Shown one piece after another: positions 18,211 to 27,943 of a stretch of 64,000 nucleotides of DNA. The notes below the pieces were generated by a model, which ran no database searches, was not told where the DNA came from, and saw only the letters and a program-made list of their open reading frames with translations. Source of the DNA: Alphaproteobacteria bacterium (GTDB taxonomy: Bacteria; Pseudomonadota; Alphaproteobacteria; UBA6615); assembly GCA_965205535.1 (NCBI GenBank), contig CBDBHH010000005.1, positions 461,773 through 525,772 of the forward strand. The letters run 5' to 3'. Numbering within the stretch: position 1 is the stretch's first letter; the number at the start of each line of letters is the position of its first letter. Made by a program: the position numbers and the translations under genes.

Positions 18211-20340
18211 TTAAGCCGTCCGGCCGGCGTCCCATTCCTTGAAGCTGGAGGCGCTATCCGCCAGCTCGCGAAGAAGCGCTGCGGGCTCCCATTTGTCGCC
18301 CCAATCGCCGTGGAACCGGTCGATGGTCGCGACGATCTCCGGCAAGCCCACCATGTCGGCATAGAACATCGGGCCGCCGCGCCAGCGCGGGAAGCCGTAG
18401 CCGTGGAGCCAGATGACATCGATATCCGACGACCGGATCGCCATGCCCTCTTCGAGAATTTTCGCGCCCTCATTGATCAGTTGATAAATACAGCGCTGCA
18501 CAATCTCCGAATCCGGGATTTCACGCCGGGCGATACCCATTTCCTCGGACCGCGCGGCGATCAGGGCCTCGATTTCATCGTCCGGCACGGCGTTTCGGCC
18601 CTCGTAGCGATACCAGCCGGCACCGGTTTTCTGCCCGAAGCGCCCCTTCTCGCAGATTCGCTCCAGCAGAGGTGAGAAACGCTCATCGGCGGGACGCGTT
18701 TCGGCCCGGCGCTTCTCGATCGCCCAGCTGATATCGAGCCCGGCCAGATCCGAGACCCGGAACGGGCCCATACGGAACCCGAATTCCTCCATCACCCGGT
18801 CGACGTCCTGTGGAGATGCCCCCTCTTCGACGAGGAAATCTCCCTGACGCCAGAACGGCGCCAGCATCCGGTTGCCCACGAACCCGTCGCACACGCCGAC
18901 CACGACGCCCGTTTTGCCGATGCGGGCCGACAGATCGAGCACGGTCGCAATGACATCTTTCTCCGTCTTTTCGGCCCGCACGATCTCGAGCAATGTCATG
19001 ACATTTGCGGGGCTGAAAAAATGCATGCCCAGTACATCGCCCGGTCGTTCGGTGGCGGCCGCGATCCCATCCACGTCGAGGGTCGAGGTGTTGGTCGCCA
19101 GAATGGCGCCGTCGCGCGCGAGCGCGTCCAGTTCACCAAATATCTGTTGCTTGATATCCATTTCTTCAAACACGGCCTCGATGATCAGATCGGCATCGGC
19201 TGCGGCGGCCACGCCGACCGCGCCGGTGATCAACCCCATCCGCGTTTCCATATCTTCCGCGCTCAGGCGGCCGCGGTCGCGGGTGGCCGCATAATTGTCC
19301 CGGATCCGCGCAATCCCCTGGTCGAGCGCGGACTGCCCCGATTCGATCAGCGTGATCGGTATGCCGGCATTGGCGAAAGACATGGCGATGCCGCCACCCA
19401 TCGTGCCCGCGCCGACGATCGCGACATGTTCAATAGACCGTTTCGCGGTATCTGCGGGAATGTCGGGTATCTTGGAAACCTGCCGTTCGGCGAAGAACCC
19501 ATGCACGAGCGACCGGGATTCATCGGACGCGACCGCCTCGGTGCTGATCTCCGCCTCGCGCGCCCACCCGTCGGCGAACGGCATGGTCAATGTATTGGCG
19601 ACACTTTCGAGGCACCAGAAGGGCGCCTGCATGCCGCGTGCGGTTTTCCCGAGTTTCTGACGAAGCTCGGCGACCAGCGCCTCGCCCGCCTCAACGTCCA
19701 GATCAATCGCCATTTCGCTGACCCGGCGCGGTCCGACATCTCCGGCAACCAGTTCTTCGGCAAACCGAATAGCATCGGCGCAGACATCATCATCCTCTGC
19801 CACCCGGTCCACGAGGCCGATCTCCAGCGCTTTGGGCCCATCTACCGACGCACCGCTGGTAATCATCTCAACCGCCGTGCGGAACCCGACGAGACGCGGC
19901 AGGCGCTGGGTTCCGCCCGCACCGGGAATAACGCCGCGCAGGACTTCGGGGAGGCCGAGCCTGGCATCACGATGCGCCACCCTGAAATGACAACCGAGCG
20001 CGAGCTCCAGGCCGCCGCCGAGCGTCGGCCCGTGGATCGCCGCGACCACCGGCTTGTCCATCGCCTCGATCAAATTCATCAGATCACGTGTCATGGGACG
20101 AACCTGGCGGTCCGGCGTATTGAATTCGCGAATGTCGGCACCGCCGCAGAGGTTGCGGCCAGTCCCGGATATCACCACCGCGTAAGTCATATGGTCGTCG
20201 GCCGCGGTCTCGAGATAGTCGGCGATTGCCATCCGCACCTGTTTCGCAAGTGCATTTACGGGCGGGTTGTCGATGGTAATCACGGCGACCGCACCGACAT
20301 TGCGGTACTGGACGGGTTCGTTTGAACTCTTGCTGTTCAT
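18211..20340 (-). CDS. Fatty-acid oxidation multifunctional enzyme (second FadJ/FadB-like paralog)
   Basis: 709 aa with the same domain order as the 5356 gene: crotonase fold, GAGTMG motif, 3HCDH domain. Confidence 0.9.
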   Translation of the reverse strand: MNSKSSNEPVQYRNVGAVAVITIDNPPVNALAKQVRMAIADYLETAADDHMTYAVVISGTGRNLCGGADIREFNTPDRQVRPMTRDLMNLIEAMDKPVVAAIHGPTLGGGLELALGCHFRVAHRDARLGLPEVLRGVIPGAGGTQRLPRLVGFRTAVEMITSGASVDGPKALEIGLVDRVAEDDDVCADAIRFAEELVAGDVGPRRVSEMAIDLDVEAGEALVAELRQKLGKTARGMQAPFWCLESVANTLTMPFADGWAREAEISTEAVASDESRSLVHGFFAERQVSKIPDIPADTAKRSIEHVAIVGAGTMGGGIAMSFANAGIPITLIESGQSALDQGIARIRDNYAATRDRGRLSAEDMETRMGLITGAVGVAAAADADLIIEAVFEEMDIKQQIFGELDALARDGAILATNTSTLDVDGIAAATERPGDVLGMHFFSPANVMTLLEIVRAEKTEKDVIATVLDLSARIGKTGVVVGVCDGFVGNRMLAPFWRQGDFLVEEGASPQDVDRVMEEFGFRMGPFRVSDLAGLDISWAIEKRRAETRPADERFSPLLERICEKGRFGQKTGAGWYRYEGRNAVPDDEIEALIAARSEEMGIARREIPDSEIVQRCIYQLINEGAKILEEGMAIRSSDIDVIWLHGYGFPRWRGGPMFYADMVGLPEIVATIDRFHGDWGDKWEPAALLRELADSASSFKEWDAGRTA

Positions 20341-20548
20341 GGTCTCTCGGACACGGTCGTTCGGCGTGGATTTCAGATTTACACTTTAAGAGAATTACTC
20401 ACAATCACCCAAAGGTCGAGGCCGCGTCCCGCGAATGGCAGCTGCGCCATACCATTGTACCGGGCATCTCGCGCAACCACCCGGCGATTGCTAAAATAGG
20501 GCGCCCAGTCCCACCAGTTGGCCGCCCCGGCCGGACAAACGGAACATC

Positions 20549-21943
20549 ATGAGCGAATTAGTGAGAGCGCGGTTTAACACCGCCCAGTTGTTCGGATTGC
20601 TGACAACGGTAGTCGCAGCAATCCTGCTCGCCGCGCCGCTGTGGACCGAGACACCCGGTATCCTGCCCGCCGCCGGCGTTGTTCTGTTCGCCATCAGTTT
20701 CTGGGCAACCGGCGCAATCCCGGCGCACATCACGGCTTTGCTGCTGTTCCTGTTCACGGTGGTGTTCTCGATCGCACCGCCGAATGTTGCGTTCTCCGGT
20801 TTCCACGCAAGTGCGACCTGGTTGGTCTTCGGCGGGTTCGTGATTTCGATCGCGGTTCACAAATCCGGTCTCGGGTCGCGCATGGTGCAGACCCTGGTGA
20901 CCCACCTGCCCGCCCGCTACCTGACCATGGCGGGTGGCCTGGCCATCGCCGGCATGGCGCTCAGTTTCATCATGCCATCCGCCTCCGGCCGCGCCGTCAT
21001 GATGGCGCCCCTGGCCGTCGCACTGGCAACGGAACTCGGGTTCGCGGAAAACACCCGCGCACGTCACGGCCTGGTACTGGCGGCCGGCTGGGGCACGACG
21101 ATCCCGGCATTCGGGATTCTGCCATCCAACGTTGTGAATATGGCCTTCGTCGGCGCGTCCGAGGGTATCTTCAACATCAGCTTCACCTACTTCGGCTACA
21201 CCTTCCTGAATTTCCCCATCGTCGGATTTCTCGGTGCCCTGATCGTGATCCTCCTGATCACCATATTGTTCGGCGCGAAACCGCAGCCGCAGGGCAAGAC
21301 CTCGATGCAGACCGGTTGGAGCAGCACCGAACGCCGCCTGATGGGGATCATGCTTATCGCGCTGGCACTCTGGATGACGGATTCGCTGCACGGGATTTCA
21401 CCGGCCTGGATCGCGCTCGCCGCGGCACTGGTGTGCGTGACACCGGGGATCGGCATGCTGCCGGCATCCGTGATCACCAACGAGGTCAATTACGGGGCCT
21501 GGCTGTTCGTCGCCGGCGTTATTGGCATGGGCGCGATCGCCAACCATTCCGGGCTCGGCGGCGCGATGGGCGAATTGCTGCTGGCCAACATCCCGCTCAC
21601 CAGGGACGGGGGCATCGTCACCTTCTACGAGATCTTCGCGATCAGTGCGGCCGTGGGGGTGGTCACGACCTTTCCTGCTGCCCCGCCCATCGTGACGTCG
21701 TTCTCCGACGCCATCGCGCAGGCCACGGGCTGGCCGCTGGAATCCGTCCTGCTGGTTCAGGTCCCGAGCTGGATGATCTACCCCTTCCCCCATGAAGCTC
21801 CGCCCGTGGCGATGGCCATGGCGGTGGGTGGTGTGCCCATGCGCGAAGCCTTTCGATTGACGTCGATCTACTTCGTGATCGGCATTTTGCTGATCCTGCC
21901 GCTGCAATATCTGTGGGGCCGGATGCTCGGCATCTATTTCTAG
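20549..21943 (+). CDS. Anion permease, DASS/SLC13-like (ArsB/NhaD superfamily) transporter
   Basis: 464 aa polytopic membrane protein with an internal repeat topology. Confidence 0.6.
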   Translation: MSELVRARFNTAQLFGLLTTVVAAILLAAPLWTETPGILPAAGVVLFAISFWATGAIPAHITALLLFLFTVVFSIAPPNVAFSGFHASATWLVFGGFVISIAVHKSGLGSRMVQTLVTHLPARYLTMAGGLAIAGMALSFIMPSASGRAVMMAPLAVALATELGFAENTRARHGLVLAAGWGTTIPAFGILPSNVVNMAFVGASEGIFNISFTYFGYTFLNFPIVGFLGALIVILLITILFGAKPQPQGKTSMQTGWSSTERRLMGIMLIALALWMTDSLHGISPAWIALAAALVCVTPGIGMLPASVITNEVNYGAWLFVAGVIGMGAIANHSGLGGAMGELLLANIPLTRDGGIVTFYEIFAISAAVGVVTTFPAAPPIVTSFSDAIAQATGWPLESVLLVQVPSWMIYPFPHEAPPVAMAMAVGGVPMREAFRLTSIYFVIGILLILPLQYLWGRMLGIYF

Positions 21944-21980
21944 GGCAAAGCCCTCTCAAGCATGAAAAGGGAGACAACCC

Positions 21981-22292
21981 ATGCTGTTCATGGTGCGAAT
22001 CAAAGTGGAACTGCCGGGCGATATGAACCCGGCGCAGGTCAAGGCGCTGGGCGATGCAGAGGCTGACCGGGCCATCGAGCTGATCCAGGCCGGCAGGATG
22101 CGCAAGGTCTGGCGGATCGTCGGCGAACGCGCCAACTTCTCGATCTGGGATGCCGACAGCCTGGAGGAATTCCACGCCGACATCTCATCGTTGCCGCTCC
22201 ATCCATGGATGACCGTCGATGTCACGCCGATGATCGAGCATCCGGCAACCCAAGCCTATGAGGACCGCATCGGGCCGTTCCCCACGATCTAG
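21981..22292 (+). CDS. Muconolactone delta-isomerase (CatC) family protein
   Basis: 103 aa. MLFMVRIKVELPGDM...WRIVGERANFSIWDADS..LPLHPWM closely matches the CatC MLFHVKM...WRI.G...N.S.FD family pattern. Confidence 0.75.
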   Translation: MLFMVRIKVELPGDMNPAQVKALGDAEADRAIELIQAGRMRKVWRIVGERANFSIWDADSLEEFHADISSLPLHPWMTVDVTPMIEHPATQAYEDRIGPFPTI

Positions 22293-22302
22293 TTGCCGTG
22301 GC

Positions 22303-23106
22303 CTAATAGCCGCGCTCGGCCTTGATCTCGGATACCGGGCGGAAATAGTCCGGGTAACGCTCGGAGATGCGCGCGCCGGGATAGAAGGCGGCGGCGAATG
22401 AGGGCCGTTCGCGGATGCGCGCGAGCCAGGCCGTCATCCCGGGCAGGTCGTCTTCCCACAGGAAGGCGTAACCGAGGTCGTCCATGCGGTCGATCAGCGG
22501 CGTCACCTGGGCGTCCACCATCGTGTACTGATCGCCCATGATCCACGCCCCGCCATGCTCTTCGGTCGCGGCGTCAATCCGCTCACAGGTCTGCCGGATC
22601 TGGAACTCGGCATATTCGAGTTCGTCCTTGCCGAAGCCGGTCTGGGACATGCGCTGGTAGAACTGCTTGCGCAGCGGCAACCGGTCCGTATGGGCGGCGA
22701 ACTCGTCATTGCTCGCCTTGGCAAACCGCATGGGTGCGAGCATGTTGGCGAAAGTCGGCACGCGTACCGCAACGGTCGGCACCTCGTCGATGTAGCGCAT
22801 CCAGGCCCGCATCCGGGCACGCCCGACCGCATCGTCCGGTGCCAGCGCGGGATCGGGAATAATCTCTTCGAGATATTCGAGAATGGCCGAGGATTCGATC
22901 AGGATCGTGCCGTCATGAACGAAGGTCGGGACCACGCCGTTGGGGTTGATCGCCAGGTAGCCCGGCTCCAGCTGCTCGAACTTGCCCAGATCGATGTCGT
23001 GCTCGATCCAGTCCTTGTTCATTTCCGGCAGGCCCTTTTCCGCCAGCGTGATCCGCACCTTCTGGCTGCAGGTCGACTGGGGCGCCTGATACATCTCGAT
23101 TTTCAT
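22303..23106 (-). CDS. Glutathione S-transferase (about 270 aa class; LigE/LigF beta-etherase-like subfamily is possible)
   Basis: Start MKIEMYQAPQSTCSQKVRITLAEKGL. N-terminal thioredoxin-like GST domain with an ESS.ILEYL motif. Confidence 0.75.
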   Translation of the reverse strand: MKIEMYQAPQSTCSQKVRITLAEKGLPEMNKDWIEHDIDLGKFEQLEPGYLAINPNGVVPTFVHDGTILIESSAILEYLEEIIPDPALAPDDAVGRARMRAWMRYIDEVPTVAVRVPTFANMLAPMRFAKASNDEFAAHTDRLPLRKQFYQRMSQTGFGKDELEYAEFQIRQTCERIDAATEEHGGAWIMGDQYTMVDAQVTPLIDRMDDLGYAFLWEDDLPGMTAWLARIRERPSFAAAFYPGARISERYPDYFRPVSEIKAERGY

Positions 23107-23876
23107 TCGGACTCTCCGTCGGCAAAGAACTGCGGGTATTTGTCGCTGACATTCGTGTTGGCATAGAACGCCGTTGAAAATGACGGACGCGCCTTGATGC
23201 GTTCGAACCAAGCCGTCATCTCGGGCAGATCGGGCTCCCAGACCGGGCCGTAGCCCAGGTCGGCCATGCGCTGAATGAGCGGCGTGAGGGTGACGTCGAT
23301 GAGTGTGTATTGCGCGCCCAGGATCCAGGGGCCACCTGTCTCGCGCACGGCGGCGTCGATGCGTTCGCACGTCTGGCGAATCTGGGCGACGGCGTTGTCC
23401 ATCTCCTCTTCCGAGAAACCATCCACCTGTCCCATGCGGCGATAGAAAGCCTTGCGGAGCGGCATCTTCTCGATCCGCGCCTCAAAATCCTCCGGCGCGG
23501 CATTCTCATAGCGCAGCGGCCGGAATACCTTGTTGAAGGACGGCACTCGCACCGCCGGGGTCGGCACCTCTTCCATGTAGCGCATCCATATCCGCAGCCG
23601 CGCGCGTCCCAGCGCGTCGGCGGGCGACAGGGACGGTTCGGGATGGATCTCATCGAGATACTCGACAATCACGGAAGATTCGATCACCGGCGCCCCGTCA
23701 TGGATGAGGGTCGGCACAACGCCGTTGGGATTGAGCTTGAGATACTCATCTGTCAGGTGATCGCCCGACGCGAAATGCATCACATGGCTGGTCCAATCGA
23801 GGCCTTTCTCGGCCAGGCATATCCGCACCTTCTGGCTGCAGGTCGAATGATCTGAGTGATAGAGCTCGAGCCCCAT
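23103..23876 (-). CDS. Glutathione S-transferase (tandem paralog of the 22303 gene)
   Basis: Start MGLELYHSDHSTCSQKVRICLAEKGL. Its stop overlaps the downstream GST start by 4 bp. Confidence 0.75.
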   Translation of the reverse strand: MGLELYHSDHSTCSQKVRICLAEKGLDWTSHVMHFASGDHLTDEYLKLNPNGVVPTLIHDGAPVIESSVIVEYLDEIHPEPSLSPADALGRARLRIWMRYMEEVPTPAVRVPSFNKVFRPLRYENAAPEDFEARIEKMPLRKAFYRRMGQVDGFSEEEMDNAVAQIRQTCERIDAAVRETGGPWILGAQYTLIDVTLTPLIQRMADLGYGPVWEPDLPEMTAWFERIKARPSFSTAFYANTNVSDKYPQFFADGESE

Positions 23877-23981
23877 GGCCTGCTTCTCCCGAATTGTTGA
23901 AGCGTCTTCTATGGACGCAATCTTCGAAGCCATTATACCAAGAGCGACGACAAACTTCGCGGCCACCGATCACCAACTGCC

Positions 23982-25028
23982 ATGCGCATTCCACATATCG
24001 TTTCGGGCACTCTGACCCTGACATTCTTCGCATTGGCTACGCCTGTATCCGCTGACCCCGTGGATCTGACCGACTGGCCTGACCACACGACGATCTCCGG
24101 CGCGCGCGGCGAACTCATCAATTATCCGAGCCATAGCCCCTTTACACTCTGGGAGGTGGGCAAGAGCGAAACGCTCGACCCGCCAACCGACGCCCATGCC
24201 GCGCTGTTCCTGCCCGAGAATGCGACCGCCGCCGACCCCGTCCCGGCCGTCATTCTGCTGCATGGCGCGGCCGGTGTCCTGGGGGCGCGGGAGCTGACAT
24301 ATGGCGCGCAATTTGCCGAGATGGGGGTGGTCGCACTCGTCATCGATGCCTTCGGCGCCCGTCGTGACAAGGCGTCGGGCTTTATCAACCGGCTGCTCAA
24401 CGTCACCGAAACCATGGTGTTGGCCGATGCATATGCCGGGCTGGGATATCTGGATGCCCTGCCTCAGGTCGACGGGGACCGGGTCGCACTGATGGGTTTT
24501 TCCTATGGCGGGATATCCACCATGCTTGGCGCATTCGCGCAGACGGCCGAGGCGTTGAGCCCGGACGGAAAGCGGTTTGCCGCGCATGTCTCCTTTTACG
24601 GCCCCTGTATCGCGCGCTTCGACGACACGCGGGCCACCGGCGCACCGGTTCTGCTGCTCGCCGGGTCGGAAGACGGCATCGTCGATCCCGAACGCTGCGG
24701 CGAAATCATCGACGATCTGCGCGCGGGCGGCGCGGAAGCCGAGTTCATTTTGTACGAAGGCGCTTACCACCAATGGGATGGCAGTTTTCCCGGGCCGCGT
24801 ACCATCGGGCGAAACCTTGCCGACTGCGACCTCAACGTGAACGAGCAAGGCGTCGTGCGCGACACGCTTACTTTGCTGCCCATGTCCGGGCCGTTCCTGC
24901 GCAAGGTCATCCTGGGCGTATGCTCGGACCCCGACGGCTATCTGATCGGCCGCGATGATGCGATCCGGGACCGTTCCAATCAGGATGTGGGCGCGTTCCT
25001 GATGCGCGCATTCAACGGCGACAGCTAG
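23982..25028 (+). CDS. Dienelactone-hydrolase family alpha/beta hydrolase with signal peptide
   Basis: Signal peptide MRIPHIVSGTLTLTFFALATPVSA; GFSYGG nucleophile elbow; an LLHG motif near the N-terminus. Confidence 0.75.
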   Translation: MRIPHIVSGTLTLTFFALATPVSADPVDLTDWPDHTTISGARGELINYPSHSPFTLWEVGKSETLDPPTDAHAALFLPENATAADPVPAVILLHGAAGVLGARELTYGAQFAEMGVVALVIDAFGARRDKASGFINRLLNVTETMVLADAYAGLGYLDALPQVDGDRVALMGFSYGGISTMLGAFAQTAEALSPDGKRFAAHVSFYGPCIARFDDTRATGAPVLLLAGSEDGIVDPERCGEIIDDLRAGGAEAEFILYEGAYHQWDGSFPGPRTIGRNLADCDLNVNEQGVVRDTLTLLPMSGPFLRKVILGVCSDPDGYLIGRDDAIRDRSNQDVGAFLMRAFNGDS

Positions 25029-25038
25029 GCCCGCACAT

Positions 25039-25620
25039 TCAGTCATTCAGCGGCTCGGCCCAGCCCGTCGGTACTTTCACGCGGAACGTGTTGAGCAGGG
25101 CGCTCACGTGATTGTAGTGGCCGAAGATGGCGATCAACTCGACCAGTTTCGCCTCGCCAAATATCTCTATGGCGCGGTCATAGACCTCGTCGCTGACCTG
25201 TTTCGTCTCGAGCAGCTCGGTGAACAGATCGTAGACCAGCTCCTGGTCGGCATGCTCGAAACCGGGCCGCGCGCGGGCCTCGATGGCATCGATAATCGCC
25301 GGGTCGATCTCGGCGGCCAGCGCCTCGACCTTGTGGACACACCATTCGAGCTGGGCCGACCAGTGGCGCGCGGTCATGACGATGACCAGCTCGGAGATGC
25401 GTTTCTCGTGGCTCGACCCGTGGCGCACATAGTCGCCGAACGCGAAGGCACGCTCCGCCAAAGGCGGACAGCGCAACCATGCGTTCATCGGCCCGATGAT
25501 CCGCCCGGTCTTGCTGGCGATCATGCGTTCGGCCATCGCCCGCTGGGCATCGTCCATATCCGCATCCGTCAGCAGTTTGAGCCGGCCATCCATGCCGTCA
25601 TCGGATGTTGTGTCTGTCAT
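25039..25620 (-). CDS. Carboxymuconolactone decarboxylase (AhpD-like) family protein
   Basis: 193 aa CMD-family fold. Confidence 0.65.
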   Translation of the reverse strand: MTDTTSDDGMDGRLKLLTDADMDDAQRAMAERMIASKTGRIIGPMNAWLRCPPLAERAFAFGDYVRHGSSHEKRISELVIVMTARHWSAQLEWCVHKVEALAAEIDPAIIDAIEARARPGFEHADQELVYDLFTELLETKQVSDEVYDRAIEIFGEAKLVELIAIFGHYNHVSALLNTFRVKVPTGWAEPLND

Positions 25621-25639
25621 GTCCTTCGTCCCCCCTTGT

Positions 25640-26338
25640 TCATTGTCCGTTTCGTTGCGCCGTCACGACGAAGAGCGGGTCGCCCGACACGCCCGATGGC
25701 GACAGATCCAGGCCGACCGGTTCGTCGAACCCGCCTGCATGGCGAAAATAGGCCCCCACAAGCCCGGCATGGTCGCTGTCCCCCAACGCCCGCCAGATCG
25801 CGACGGCCTTGGTCGGGAAACAGCGGTTGGAAAATGACACCATGCAGAGCCCGTCTGGCGTGAGGACTCGCGCGATCTCGGCAAACACCTCGAGCGGCCG
25901 GGTGAGATACTGCACCGACAATGCGATCCCACAGGCATCGAACGCGCCGTCGTCGAATGGTAGCTGCGGATCGGTATTGAGGTTCTGGACATGGCGCGCG
26001 GTGAGCCGCGGGTTGGCGTCGAGTTCCGCCTGGTTCATGCCCAACCCGGTGACCGCGGCAAAATCCACATCATCGGGCAGATGGGAGACCCAGCTCGACA
26101 TCAGATCGAGCACCCGGCCGCCGGCGGGCAGCTTCTCCCGGTAGAAGGCTGTCAGCGCCGCACGCCCGGCATCGTCGAGATGCTGGACCATGCGCTCGGG
26201 CACATAGAAGACCGCGTCATCGCCATCATCCTCCCGCACGAAATGCTCGGGCTTGAAGGGCGCATCCGATGCCACGGCATCAATATCCGGCCGCCGCGCC
26301 ATCGCTGCGCGGGTCGGCGCCCGCTTCGATGATTCCAT
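25640..26338 (-). CDS. Class I SAM-dependent methyltransferase
   Basis: VLDLMSSW near the N-terminus fits SAM-binding motif I. The start is uncertain (the ORF extends to 26365) and the gene overlaps the 3' end of the GGT pseudogene. Confidence 0.6.
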   Translation of the reverse strand: MESSKRAPTRAAMARRPDIDAVASDAPFKPEHFVREDDGDDAVFYVPERMVQHLDDAGRAALTAFYREKLPAGGRVLDLMSSWVSHLPDDVDFAAVTGLGMNQAELDANPRLTARHVQNLNTDPQLPFDDGAFDACGIALSVQYLTRPLEVFAEIARVLTPDGLCMVSFSNRCFPTKAVAIWRALGDSDHAGLVGAYFRHAGGFDEPVGLDLSPSGVSGDPLFVVTAQRNGQ

Positions 26339-27872
26339 CGGGGCGTCGCACCAAGGCGCCCGCATGGCCCATCAGATCGCTGAACGGTCCGACCACCTCG
26401 ACGTCGTGACCCGCCACCCGCAACGCCTCGATGACATCATCGGGAAAGCGGGACTCGATTTTGAGGTTGGTGCTGTCGCTGCCCCAGGTGCGGCCGAGCA
26501 GCCAACGCGGTGCGGTGATCGCGGCCTGCACCGGCATACCGAAGCGAATGTGGCGAGAAAACACCGCCGCCTGGGTCTGAGGCTGCCCCTCGCCGCCCAT
26601 GGTGCCGTAGGACATGACCCTGCCATCGTCGAAGCGCGCCATCGCCGGATTGAGCGTGTGGAATGGCTTGCGCCCGGGTTGCAGCGGGTTCAGCGCATCG
26701 GGGTCGAGTGCGAAGCTGGCGCCACGATTCTGCCAGGTGATGCCCGTCTCGGGCAGCACCACGCCCGAGCCGAATTCCCAGTAGATGCTCTGGATGAAGC
26801 TCACGGCGTTTCCATGTCTGTCGATCGCGCCCAGCCATACCGTGTCGCTGTCGGTGCCGCCGCGGCTCCAGTCGCCCGCCCGCTTGGGGTCGATCGCGCC
26901 GGCGAGACCGGCAATCACATCGGGTGTCAGGAATGTCTCGGGCGCGGGGTCCATATATGCGGGGTCGGTGATATGCCGGTCGCGAATGGCGAACGCCTGC
27001 TTGCTCGCCTCGACCAGCAGATGGACAAAGTCGAAGCCGTCTGCATCGGCGCAGTCGAGCTGGTTGAAGGCGCCGAGGATCAGCAACGAGGCCAAACCCT
27101 GGGTCGGCGGCGGCATGTTGTAGAGCGTGGTGTCCCCGAGCCGCAGCGACAACGGCGGCTTGGTGACCGCCTGGTGCGCCTCGAGGTCGTCGGCCTCAAC
27201 CGGGCTGCCGACCGCCGCGAGGTCGGCGGCGATCGCCCGGGCCAGATCGCCGCGATAGAAATCATCCGTGCCCGCATCGGCAATTCGCTGGAGTGTCGCG
27301 GCCAGGCGCGGCTGGCGAAAGACATCGCCGCGCGCAGGAACAGCACCGCCAGGCGTGTAAACGTCGGCAAAACCCGTCGCCGGGCCCATCTCGGGCAACT
27401 TTTCGGTGGTGTTGCGCACCTGGCCCTCGGTCACGGCCATGCCGTCACCAGCATATCCGATCGCATCTTCGAGCAGGCGTGAGAGCGGCAGCTTGCCTCC
27501 CAAACCCTGTGAAATCTCTAGCGCCTTGCCCCAGCCGGAGATCGTCCCCGCGACCGTGACTGCCGCGAGCGGCCCGCGCGAGGGCACCGCGTCGAGCCCT
27601 TCGTCGCGATAGCGCTCAATCGTCGCGCCACTGCCGGCCGCCCCACATGCATCGATCGCGACCGGGTCCCCGTTGGCCGGCGAGATCACTCAGAACCCGT
27701 CGCCGCCGATGGAGTTCATATGGGGATAGACGACCGCGATGGCCGCCGCCGCGGCGATCATCGCCTCGAGCGCATTCCCGCCTTCCCGCAGGACGGACAA
27801 CCCGGCTTCGGCAGCGAGGTGATGCGGTGCGACCACCATTCCGTGGGGTGCAAATTTCGAGTTCAGCATGGG
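26280..27872 (-). pseudogene. Gamma-glutamyltransferase paralog 2 interrupted by an in-frame TGA (Trp to stop) at 27690-27692
   Basis: N-terminal fragment MLNSKF...VVYPHMNSIGGDGF stops at TGA. The GTG-initiated ORF then continues in the same frame (VISPANGDPVAIDACGAAG ... GADPRSDGAAAGY). Paralog 1 has W at this position (GGDAFWLI). Confidence 0.7.
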
Positions 27873-27943
27873 CAAACACAATCCTGGAAAAATACGGGCG
27901 GCACCCGCCGGTACCGCCCGCATAACTCTAAACGGTTCTGCGT

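Noticed and set aside
27690-27692. TGA in the GGT paralog as a possible selenocysteine codon
   Set aside because: The aligned position in the paralog is Trp, not Cys/Sec; GGTs are not selenoproteins; no SECIS-like hairpin was seen. A nonsense mutation or sequencing error is far more likely.
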